Below are positions 1-8,834 of a stretch of 10,798 bases of DNA, one piece after another. The position numbers and the translations under genes were made by a program. A model generated the notes under the pieces. The model was given only the letters and a program-made list of their open reading frames with translations. It was not told where the DNA came from and did not search any database. Where the stretch lies: contig JAVKIJ010000094.1 of the NCBI GenBank assembly GCA_031459535.1, positions 1 through 10,798 on the forward strand, written 5' to 3'. Numbering within the stretch: position 1 is the first letter of the stretch; every line of letters starts with the position of its first letter. The stretch comes from Candidatus Fervidifonticultor quintus (lineage in GTDB: Bacteria; Sysuimicrobiota; Sysuimicrobiia; Sysuimicrobiales; Humicultoraceae).

Positions 1-1010
1 GCCTCTCGCGCACCCTGGGCACCTGATGTATTCGCGATCAGCGTCTCAGGCCCAAGCCGGCCCCTGGCGAGCTCATGGAAAGCGTCGGGCAACGCCACCG
101 GCAGCAGCGGCAGGATGACCTGCGCCTCAGGGTCGCCCAACCGGCAGTTGAACTCCAGCACCTTCGGCCCGGCCGGCGTCATCATGAGGCCGGCAAAGAG
201 GATCCCCCTGTAGGGACGCCCTGCCCGGCACATGGCGACAGCGGTGGGCTCGAGGATCTCCTGCAGGATGCGCCGACGGAGCCCGCCTCCGAGCGGGAAG
301 GGCGCCGCGGCGCCCATGCCACCGGTATTCGGACCGCGATCGCCGTCGTGGAGGCGCTTGTGATCCTGCGCCGCGGGCAAGAGTGCGACGGCTTCGCCGT
401 CGACCAGGGCGAACACGCTGGCCTCCTCGCCCGTCAGGTGCTCCTCGATGACGATCCGGCGCCCCGCGTCGCCGAAAACCCGGTCAATCATCATCCACCG
501 CACGGCGGCGCGGGCTTCATCGAGATCGCCCGCGACCACAACGCCCTTGCCCGCAGCCAGGCCGTCCGCTTTCACGACGACCGGCATCGAGGTGGACTCC
601 AGGTGTGCCAGCGCATCTTTGGGATCGTCGAACACGCGGTAGTCAGCCGTGGGAATGCCCCACCGGCGCATCAAGTCCTTGGCGAAGGCCTTGCTGCCCT
701 CGAGCGCGCTCGCCGCCGCCGACGGCCCCAGGAAGGGCAGCCCGCGCGCGGCGAAGCGATCGGCCAGGCCGGCAACCAGGGGTGCCTCGGGGCCTGCGAT
801 CGTGAGGCCTACGCCCCGGGAGGCTGCCGCCTCGACCAGACCGTCAGCGTCACTCGCTGCGACAGGTAGACAGGTCGCAATGCGCCCGATGCCCGGGTTG
901 CCGGGCGCGCAGTACACCGGCGTGGTCGGATAGTGCCGCCGGAGGTGCCAAACGAGGGCATGTTCCCGGCCCCCACTACCGATAACGAACAATCCGCCTC
1001 GCGATGGCAT
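1..1010 (-). CDS. purD: Phosphoribosylamine--glycine ligase (GAR synthetase), 3'-truncated by the window edge
   Basis: Not in the ORF track (no stop inside the window). Manual translation from ATG at 1010 gives MPSRGGLFVIGSGGREHALVW...YCAPGNPGI...IAGPEAPLVAGLAD...LEGSKAFAKDLM...VVKADGLAAGKGV...GPNTGGMGA...KVLEFNCRLGDPEAQVIL, all hallmark PurD motifs in one frame. The exact start is uncertain (an in-frame TTG at 992 is an alternative). Confidence 0.97.
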   Translation of the reverse strand, partial: MPSRGGLFVIGSGGREHALVWHLRRHYPTTPVYCAPGNPGIGRIATCLPVAASDADGLVEAAASRGVGLTIAGPEAPLVAGLADRFAARGLPFLGPSAAASALEGSKAFAKDLMRRWGIPTADYRVFDDPKDALAHLESTSMPVVVKADGLAAGKGVVVAGDLDEARAAVRWMMIDRVFGDAGRRIVIEEHLTGEEASVFALVDGEAVALLPAAQDHKRLHDGDRGPNTGGMGAAAPFPLGGGLRRRILQEILEPTAVAMCRAGRPYRGILFAGLMMTPAGPKVLEFNCRLGDPEAQVILPLLPVALPDAFHELARGRLGPETLIANTSGAQGARE

Positions 1011-1025
1011 GATTTGTTCGGATAT
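981..1025. promoter_or_regulatory. Putative inverted PurBox pair (Bacillus/Lactococcus-type PurR operator)
   Basis: GATAACGAACAATC (981-994), a 17-nt spacer, then ATTTGTTCGGATAT (1012-1025; reverse complement ATATCCGAACAAAT). These match the PurBox consensus AWWWCCGAACWWTH at 12/14 and 13/14, give GAAC-N25-GTTC geometry, and sit at the start of a purine biosynthesis gene. Confidence 0.7.
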
Positions 1026-1064
1026 TTTGCTGTCCTCTGGGGAAAACTACCCGTCCCGGGAGCG

Positions 1065-1093
1065 ATACTAGCACAATACCCGGACGATGGCAA
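1065..1093 (-). promoter_or_regulatory. Sigma70/SigA-type promoter for purD
   Basis: Minus strand reads TTGCCA (1093-1088), a 17-nt spacer ending in TGc (extended -10), then TAGTAT (1070-1065), in the intergenic gap upstream of purD. Predicted TSS is near 1058. Confidence 0.7.
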
Positions 1094-1097
1094 GCCG

Positions 1098-1748
1098 CTA
1101 TGGGCGGGCGACGAACCGGAACTCGAGCCTCGCCTCGTTCTCGGCCCGCAGGATGCCGAGGATGGACGGTGGATCGAACCCGAAGTCGGTCATCCGGATG
1201 GTGGTCTGGCCGGTGACCGTCAGCACGGTGCCGTCGAGCTTGATGGTGGACGCGAAGGTGGTCGGCTTCCCCACGGTGCGGATCTTGAGGTTGCCGCTGA
1301 TCTGGACGGCGATCTCGCGCCCGTCTTGATAGGTCTCGGGCAAGCCCTGGATCCCTGTCGTGGTGAACTCGGCCAACGGGAACCGAGCGGACTCCAGCCA
1401 GCGGGTACGGATCGCGTTGTCCCGCCGCTCACTGTCCGACTTGAACTGGCTGATGTCTACCGTAATGACCCCGATCCGGCTGTTGGCCGGCCTGGCACGG
1501 TCAACGAAGATCTCGCCGCGGACCGCGGTCGTGACCCCGACCGCGGTATTGAACCGGTTGCCCTCGGCGATGAAGGTCTCGTTCACGCGGTAGGTCACGC
1601 TGGACTCGCCAGGCACGATCACGAAGCGCTGCGGTCCCGCCTGCGGCTGTGCCGGCTGCGCCCAGGCCCGGGCGGCCAACGGACGAGAACCGGTGCCGGC
1701 TGCGACGACCACTGCGAGCACCACCATGACAACAAACGATCGGAGCAT
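1098..1748 (-). CDS. YceI-family (polyisoprenoid/lipid-binding beta-barrel) exported protein, 216 aa
   Basis: YceI-like motifs F.IVPGESSVTYRVNE, ITVDISQFKSDSERRDNAIR, WLESARFPLAEF, ISGNLKIR and IRMTDFGFDPP. Start re-called to ATG 1748 (GAGGAGGTG SD at 1765-1757, followed by the signal-peptide-like MLRSFVVMVVLAVVVAAG...AWA-Q) instead of the track's 1844. Confidence 0.88.
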   Translation of the reverse strand: MLRSFVVMVVLAVVVAAGTGSRPLAARAWAQPAQPQAGPQRFVIVPGESSVTYRVNETFIAEGNRFNTAVGVTTAVRGEIFVDRARPANSRIGVITVDISQFKSDSERRDNAIRTRWLESARFPLAEFTTTGIQGLPETYQDGREIAVQISGNLKIRTVGKPTTFASTIKLDGTVLTVTGQTTIRMTDFGFDPPSILGILRAENEARLEFRFVARP

Positions 1749-1825
1749 GGCAGAACCACCTCCTCGACCGCCGCCGCAGCGGCGGGTGATGGGCTGGGTG
1801 TGCACGCCGGGACGGCATAACGTCG

Positions 1826-1860
1826 GGAGCCCGCGGGCTCTCAACCCGCCCGCGGGCTCC
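1826..1860 (-). terminator. Strong GC hairpin downstream of groEL (terminator or mRNA 3' stabiliser)
   Basis: Perfect 13-bp inverted repeat GGAGCCCGCGGGC (1826-1838) / GCCCGCGGGCTCC (1848-1860) with a 9-nt loop, about 35 nt after the groEL stop. There is no real U-tract. A second small hairpin CTGTG-N4-CACAG lies at 1865-1878. Confidence 0.6.
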
Positions 1861-1894
1861 GCGCCTGTGGCTCCACAGCGTGCCGGCCGCTGCC

Positions 1895-3833
<1,939 letters not shown>

Positions 3834-3871
3834 AGCACGACTCCCTCCTTAGCACAGCACCTGTCGGGGAA

Positions 3872-3898
3872 TTGGCACTCTCGCACCGAGAGTGCCAA
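3872..3898. promoter_or_regulatory. CIRCE element (HrcA operator)
   Basis: TTGGCACTC-N9-GAGTGCCAA versus the consensus TTAGCACTC-N9-GAGTGCTAA (one symmetric change per arm), located between the promoter and groES. Confidence 0.95.
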
Positions 3899-3903
3899 CC
3901 CTC

Positions 3904-3932
3904 ATGATAGGCGGTGGGGCCCGGGCAATCAA
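3904..3932 (-). promoter_or_regulatory. Sigma70/SigA-type promoter of groESL
   Basis: Minus strand TTGATT (3932-3927), a 17-nt spacer, then TATCAT (3909-3904). The predicted TSS near 3898 falls at the edge of the CIRCE, the usual HrcA-regulated layout. Confidence 0.75.
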
Positions 3933-3957
3933 GCCCCTTCTTGAAGATTCTGACGGG

Positions 3958-4962
3958 TCACAGCGGGAGGTCGGCGGCCACCGAGAGGTCCCAGCGGTCC
4001 ACCTGACCGTGGGCCAGCCGGGAGGCTCCGGCGGCGGCGATCATGGCCGCGTTGTCAGTACACAGCTCGGGCCGCGGGATGCGAACGGGAATCCCCAGGC
4101 GCCTCGCCAGTTCGGCGAGACGCCGCCGCAGCACCGAGTTGGCGGCCACCCCGCCGGCCAGCAGGATCGCCGCTGGAGCCCCTCGGCGCGCTGCGCGGAC
4201 AACGGCGCCCACCAGACTCTCGACGACGGCGTGCTGGAGCGAGGCTGCCAGGTCCGCCAGGAATTGAGGGTCGGGGTCGGATCGGGCGGCCAGGGCCCGG
4301 ACCGCGGCAGTCTTGATGCCGCTGAAGCTGAAGTCCAGACCGGCACCGCGGCGCCCGTGCAGGGGCACGGGCAGCGGCACCGCGCGGGGATCCCCAGCCT
4401 GGCCCAGCCGGTCGAGCGCCGCGCCGCCCGGATAGCCCAGGCCCATGGCGCGCGCGACCTTGTCGAACGCTTCACCTGCCGCGTCATCCCGCGTCCGACC
4501 CAGCACCACGTACCGGTGCGGACCCTCGAGGGCGACCAGGTCGGTGTGTGCCCCGGACACGATCAGCCCCAGCGAGGGCACCGGCAGGGGGCCATGATCG
4601 ATCGCGTTGGCGAACAGGTGGCCCTCGAGGTGATTCACCCCCACAAGGGGCAGACCTCGGGCGTAGGCCAGACTCTTGGCCGCGGCCACGCCGACGGCCA
4701 GCGCGCTCACTAGGCCGGGGCCGCAGGTGACCGCCACGGCGTCGATACCTTCCCAGGTGAGGCCCGCGCCTTCCAGCGCCAGATCGATCACTGGCAGCAG
4801 ACGTTCCAGGTGCCGGCGCGCCGCCAGTTCGGGGACGACGCCGCCGTAGCGCGCGTGCAGGTCGGCCTGGGACGCGACGATGTTGCTGCGGACGCTGACG
4901 CCGTCGGCAACTACCGCCGCGGCGGTCTCATCGCACGACGTCTCCAGACCCAGGACGACCAT
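3958..4962 (-). CDS. tsaD: tRNA N6-adenosine threonylcarbamoyltransferase TsaD, 334 aa
   Basis: LGLETSCDETAAAV, YGGVVPELAARRH, metal-binding VNHLEGH, TRDDAAGEAFDKVAR..GLGYPGG, DFSFSGIKTA, AGGVAAN and CTDNAAMIA. Confidence 0.98.
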   Translation of the reverse strand: MVVLGLETSCDETAAAVVADGVSVRSNIVASQADLHARYGGVVPELAARRHLERLLPVIDLALEGAGLTWEGIDAVAVTCGPGLVSALAVGVAAAKSLAYARGLPLVGVNHLEGHLFANAIDHGPLPVPSLGLIVSGAHTDLVALEGPHRYVVLGRTRDDAAGEAFDKVARAMGLGYPGGAALDRLGQAGDPRAVPLPVPLHGRRGAGLDFSFSGIKTAAVRALAARSDPDPQFLADLAASLQHAVVESLVGAVVRAARRGAPAAILLAGGVAANSVLRRRLAELARRLGIPVRIPRPELCTDNAAMIAAAGASRLAHGQVDRWDLSVAADLPL

Positions 4963-4975
4963 GGGGCCGGGCGCG

Positions 4976-5491
4976 CTATTGTCCGAGCTCGCGCCGGATG
5001 GCCTCGAGGCGGGCCTGGACCGCAGGGTCGCGAAGATTGCCGCTCCACATCACGATGGCGTCTTCGCCGTTGTCGCTGTAGTAGCGCTTGCGGAGTGCCA
5101 CGTCACGGAAGCCGAACTTGCGATACAAGGCCAGGGCAGCGGCGTTCGAGGGCCGGACTTCCAGGGTCATCCAGCGGGCGCCCCGCGCCAGTGCCCGCTC
5201 GATCAACGCCAGCAAGAGGCGGTGACCAATGCCCTGGCCGCGGCGGTGGTGATCCACCGCAATGGTGGTCACGTGCGCCTCGTCGAAGATCACCCACATC
5301 CCCGCGAACCCCACCGTGACACCATCGTCGTCGCGGGCAACGATGTAGCACGCCACGTGGTTGTCCTCGAGCTCGGCGCGGTACGCTTCCTTTGGCCACG
5401 GGACCGGAAACGCCTCGGCCTCCATCTCGCGCACGCGCGCGATGTCGGCCAGCGTCATGGGGTCGATGCGTACCCGGGTAATCTGCTTCAT
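4976..5491 (-). CDS. rimI: RimI-family GNAT N-acetyltransferase, 171 aa
   Basis: F..PW, GFAGMWVIFDEAHVTTIAV, acetyl-CoA loop RRGQGIG, TLEVRPSNAAALALYRKFGF and RKRYYSDNGEDAIVM. It occupies the canonical position between tsaB and tsaD. Confidence 0.95.
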   Translation of the reverse strand: MKQITRVRIDPMTLADIARVREMEAEAFPVPWPKEAYRAELEDNHVACYIVARDDDGVTVGFAGMWVIFDEAHVTTIAVDHHRRGQGIGHRLLLALIERALARGARWMTLEVRPSNAAALALYRKFGFRDVALRKRYYSDNGEDAIVMWSGNLRDPAVQARLEAIRRELGQ

Positions 5492-5538
5492 GAGAGGCCC
5501 GCGATCCTACGCCTGCGGTGGTGCGTTCTCGACCCCAT
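5488..5538 (-). CDS. Candidate 16-aa small ORF MGSRTHHRRRRIAGLS coupled to rimI
   Basis: SD-like GAGAGGA lies 8 nt upstream of ATG 5538, right after the tsaB stop. Its TGA (5490-5488) overlaps the rimI ATG (5491-5489) as ATGA. There is no homology evidence. Confidence 0.4.
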   Translation of the reverse strand: MGSRTHHRRRRIAGLS

Positions 5539-5556
5539 GGCGACGTTCCTCTCACA

Positions 5557-6249
5557 TCATCGGTGGTATTCCCGCGCCACCGCCCGCCGTGCGTAGCGCG
5601 GGGTCAGGCCCACGGGATCGTCGCGCTCGCCTCGCTGCAGGCGCGCCAGCCCGAGCCGTCCCACCACGGCCGCGCGCGGCCACCACAGCTCCTCGGGGGC
5701 GGCCGACGCGCGGGGCCCCAGGGCCTCCAGCAGAGCCGCGCGATGCACCACGAGGGCATCGCCGGCGACGGCCACCGGCTCCGCGATGGGGCCCAGGCGC
5801 CCCCCGAGAGCCCCTGGGGCGATCAGGAGATCACCGGCGATACAGCGGATCTCGCCATCGTGCCGGAACAGCGCGGCGGCGACCTCTCCCCGGCGCGCAT
5901 CGAGCGCTGCCAGCACGAGACCCGTGGCGGACACGCCCGCGGCAATGGCCTCGAGGGTCGAGACGGCCACCAGGGGTCGGCTGAGGCCATGGGCCCAGGC
6001 CGCGGCGGTAGCAAGCCCGATGCGCAGCCCGCTGAACCCGCCCGGCCCGATGGACACCGCCAGGGCATCAACGGCCGGCGGCGTCAGATCTGCGGCCGTC
6101 AACACCTCGTCAACCGCAGGGATCAGCCACTCGAGGTGGCCTCCGGGCACATGGGCGCTGCGCTCGGCCAGCACGCCTTCGGGAGTCACGACCGCGACGC
6201 TGCCCCGGGCCGTAGCGGTCTCGATGGCCAGCACCCGGGTGGTCTTCAT
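5557..6249 (-). CDS. tsaB: tRNA threonylcarbamoyladenosine biosynthesis protein TsaB, 230 aa
   Basis: RVLAIETAT...SVAV, DALAVSIGPGGFSGLRIGLA, VSTLEAIA, LDARRGEV and C-terminal LTPRYAR. ATGA overlap with tsaE at 6246-6249. Confidence 0.95.
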   Translation of the reverse strand: MKTTRVLAIETATARGSVAVVTPEGVLAERSAHVPGGHLEWLIPAVDEVLTAADLTPPAVDALAVSIGPGGFSGLRIGLATAAAWAHGLSRPLVAVSTLEAIAAGVSATGLVLAALDARRGEVAAALFRHDGEIRCIAGDLLIAPGALGGRLGPIAEPVAVAGDALVVHRAALLEALGPRASAAPEELWWPRAAVVGRLGLARLQRGERDDPVGLTPRYARRAVAREYHR

Positions 6250-6722
6250 GGCCCGGCGACGCCCTCCACGCGATCAGCGAGGGCAGCGGGTGCGTGCAGC
6301 GTGAAGGTCCGCTCCGTCTCCGAGGCCCCGAACTCGCACTCCACGCGAATATGGGCCCCGGGCAGCAGGTCTCCGGCACGGTCGGCCCACTCCACGATCA
6401 GCACGCCACCGGCATCCGTGAGTTCGTCCAGACCCAGTTCTGCCACCTCGTCGATGCGCTGGAGCCGGTAGAGATCCACGTGGTAGATACGCAGCGGCCC
6501 GCGGTACTCCCGGACGACGACGAATGACGGTGACGCCAGATAACCCCGCGCCCCGGCGCCGAGGGCGATGGCGCGGGCCAGCACGGTCTTGCCGGCGCCG
6601 AGTGGACCGATCAGGGCTACGACGTCGCCGGGCCGCAGCCGCCTACCCAGCCGGCGGCCGAGGTTCTCCGTGGCCTGGGGGGACCGCGTGGTGAGCCTGA
6701 CGCAGGCTGGCTGGGAACGCAC
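6246..6722 (-). CDS. tsaE: tRNA threonylcarbamoyladenosine biosynthesis ATPase TsaE, ~158 aa
   Basis: Walker A GPLGAGKT, SPSFVVVREY, IYHVDLYRL and IVEWAD. The GTG start has no clear SD, so the exact start is uncertain. Confidence 0.96.
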   Translation of the reverse strand: MRSQPACVRLTTRSPQATENLGRRLGRRLRPGDVVALIGPLGAGKTVLARAIALGAGARGYLASPSFVVVREYRGPLRIYHVDLYRLQRIDEVAELGLDELTDAGGVLIVEWADRAGDLLPGAHIRVECEFGASETERTFTLHAPAALADRVEGVAGP

Positions 6723-6738
6723 GCGGCGCAGTAGCCGA

Positions 6739-8097
6739 CTAGGCGCGCCGGGCCAGCTCGGGCCGCACCCGGACGCGTAGCCCCTCCAGAGCGATCACGC
6801 GCACAGGTTGACCGTCAGCGATGGGCCCCTCATCGGCGATCGCGCTCCACATCTCACCCTGCACGTAGACCATGCCCTCGGGGTCCAGCCGCGAGCGCGC
6901 CACCCCCACGGCGCCCACGAGGCGCTCACCCCCGCTGCGGGCCGGTACCCGCTGGGCCCTCACGCCAGCGCTGACGGCAAACAGGAAGAAGGCGGCCAGC
7001 ACCGCGGCGACGGCGATGATCAGGCGCAGCGAGATCTGCAGCACGGGCGCCGTGCGCTCCGTCAGCAGGATCGCCCCGAAGATGAACGCTATCACGCCGC
7101 CCACGGTGAGCACGCCGTGTCCGGGTACCTTCACGTCGGCGATGAACAAGAGGATGGCAAACGCGATGAGCATCAGCCCGGCCACGTTCACCTGGAGGAT
7201 CGCGAACGACGCCAGGCCCAGGATGAGGGCGATGCCGCCCACGACCCCCGGCAGGATCGCCCCGGGATTGTACAACTCCACCAGAATGCCGAGAATACCC
7301 ACATTCATCAGGATGAAGCCGATGTTGGGATCGGAGAGCAAGGAGAGGAACCGCTCGGTGACATCCATGGAGATGTCCACCACCCGGGCACCTGCCGTGC
7401 GCAGCGTCTTGCGTCCCAGATCGGTGGCGGCCGTCATGCCGTCGAGGCGGCGCAGCAGGTCCGGAAAGTCCTCGGCGACGAAGTTAACCACGTTGAGGTC
7501 CACGGCCTCGACCTCGGTGATCGAGACCGCCTGACGCACGGCGCGCTCGGCCCAGTCCGCGTTGCGGCCGCGGCGGTTGGCCATGGCGCGGATGTTGGCG
7601 ACCGCATCGTTGGTCACCTTCTCACGCATGGCCTGGTCCTGCTGCTGTTGCTGCTCGCCCTGCGACGGCGTGCCCAGCGTCACCGGCGTCGCGGCGCCCA
7701 GGTGGGTCGCCGGCGCCATGACGGCCAGGTGGGCCGCGTAGGTGATGAACACGCCGGCCGACGCCGCTCGTGCCCCTCGCGGGGCGATGAATACCACCAC
7801 CGGGACCCGGGCGTTGAGCAGCGCCTTCGTGATGTCGTCGGTGGACTTGAGCAGTCCGCCCGGCGTGTCGAGCTGAATGACCAGCGTCTCGGCTCGCGCG
7901 TCCTCGGCTTGACGCACGGCGCGCACGATGAGCCGGGCGGTGGCCGGTCCGATGACCCCGTCGATGACAATGCGCTGGACCACGGGCGCCGGCTGAGGGG
8001 AGGCGGCCTCACCGGCTGCCACGCCGGCGGCTGCTGCAGCCACCACGGCGGTCAGCAGTCCCAGCAGCGCCACGCCCGGCGCTCTCCGCCTGCTCAT
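6739..8097 (-). CDS. nfeD: Long-form NfeD membrane-bound ClpP-class serine protease, 452 aa
   Basis: Signal peptide, then a protease domain (IDGVIGP, IQLDTPGGL, RAASAG, MAPATHLGAATPV, EKVTNDA, RGRNADWAE), a multi-pass hydrophobic region (LSDPNIGFILM..G..GILVELYNPG) and a C-terminal OB-like domain (LDPEGMVYVQGEMWSA...GLRVRV). Start re-called to ATG 8097, which overlaps the upstream TGA (ATGA). Confidence 0.93.
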   Translation of the reverse strand: MSRRRAPGVALLGLLTAVVAAAAAGVAAGEAASPQPAPVVQRIVIDGVIGPATARLIVRAVRQAEDARAETLVIQLDTPGGLLKSTDDITKALLNARVPVVVFIAPRGARAASAGVFITYAAHLAVMAPATHLGAATPVTLGTPSQGEQQQQQDQAMREKVTNDAVANIRAMANRRGRNADWAERAVRQAVSITEVEAVDLNVVNFVAEDFPDLLRRLDGMTAATDLGRKTLRTAGARVVDISMDVTERFLSLLSDPNIGFILMNVGILGILVELYNPGAILPGVVGGIALILGLASFAILQVNVAGLMLIAFAILLFIADVKVPGHGVLTVGGVIAFIFGAILLTERTAPVLQISLRLIIAVAAVLAAFFLFAVSAGVRAQRVPARSGGERLVGAVGVARSRLDPEGMVYVQGEMWSAIADEGPIADGQPVRVIALEGLRVRVRPELARRA

Positions 8098-8834
8098 GCG
8101 CGCCGCGCCGCCTCGACCAACCTCGCGAACAGCGCGCGGTGCTCTGCGTGGTGGGTCACCAAGCGCTCGGGGTGCCACTGGACGCCGACGACGAAGCGGT
8201 GGCGACGACTCTCCAAACCCTCGATGATCCCGTCCGGGGCCCACGCGGTGACCTCGAACCCGGGCGCGGGACGCCGGATGGCCTGATGGTGAAACGTGTT
8301 GACGCCCACAGGGCCCTCACCCATCATCTCCGCCAGCTGGCTGCCCGCGCCAACCACCACTTGGTGGCCGCATGCCCATGACTCGAGCCGTCCGTCCTGA
8401 TTGTGCGCCCCCGGATCGCCGCCCGCAAGGGAGAGATCCTGCCACAGCGTCCCGCCTGCGGCCACGTTGATCACCTGGAGGCCGCGGCAGATGCACAGCA
8501 TCGGCAGATCGTCCGCAAGCGCCCGGCGCGCCAGTGGAATCTCGAGCTCGTCGCGGGCATCGTCGATGGTCAGGGTGGCACGCACGGCGTCGTCGATCGC
8601 TTCACCATAGCGGCGCGGATGCACGTCTGCGCCTCCGGACAGCAACACGCCGTCAAACGCATCGGGCAGCGGGTCCCCGGCGGCAGCCAGCAGAGGGTGC
8701 CCGCCGGCCGCCCACACGGCCTCGGTGTAGTAGCGCGCGGACGCGGCCAGCCGTTTCTGCGTCGCGGGGTCGGCTCCCGGCGGCACCTTCCTGCCCGTGA
8801 CCAGGATGCGCGGTCGGTAAGTGCTACGGCTCAT
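8094..8834 (-). CDS. Peptidase C26 / gamma-glutamyl-gamma-aminobutyrate hydrolase (PuuD-like) class I glutamine amidotransferase-family protein, 246 aa
   Basis: DGVLLSGGADVHP..YGE, RDELE, nucleophile motif ICRGLQVINVAAGGTLWQD, VNTFHHQAI, APDGIIEGLE and GVQWHPE (intact Cys-His-Glu triad). Confidence 0.93.
   Translation of the reverse strand: MSRSTYRPRILVTGRKVPPGADPATQKRLAASARYYTEAVWAAGGHPLLAAAGDPLPDAFDGVLLSGGADVHPRRYGEAIDDAVRATLTIDDARDELEIPLARRALADDLPMLCICRGLQVINVAAGGTLWQDLSLAGGDPGAHNQDGRLESWACGHQVVVGAGSQLAEMMGEGPVGVNTFHHQAIRRPAPGFEVTAWAPDGIIEGLESRRHRFVVGVQWHPERLVTHHAEHRALFARLVEAARRA

Noticed and set aside
75..869. 264-aa plus-strand ORF
   Set aside because: Antisense shadow of purD (for example, GAHATGIRT is the reverse complement of GPNTGGMGA), with no recognisable motifs of its own.
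986..1020. CGAAC...GTTCG read as a Gram-positive LexA (Cheo) box
   Set aside because: The LexA box has a 4-nt spacer (CGAAC-N4-GTTCG). Here the spacer is 25 nt, which fits PurR geometry and the purD context.
1011..1064. Purine, ZTP or PRPP riboswitch upstream of purD
   Set aside because: The predicted leader is only about 48 nt, with no recognisable aptamer core or expression-platform terminator.
3958..6249. Motif deviations in TsaD (SGAHT for SGGHT) and TsaB (GPGGFSGLR for GPGSFTGLR) as signs of pseudogenisation
   Set aside because: Both frames are full length, TsaD's metal-binding residues (HLEGH, TDN) are intact and the changes are small. This is ordinary divergence.
8098..8244. N-terminal extension of NfeD in the track (likewise 9547-9579 for the DUF2993-like gene and 1749-1844 for yceI)
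   Set aside because: These extensions overlap upstream genes or hairpins. The downstream ATGs give signal peptides at the N-terminus together with an SD or stop/start coupling.
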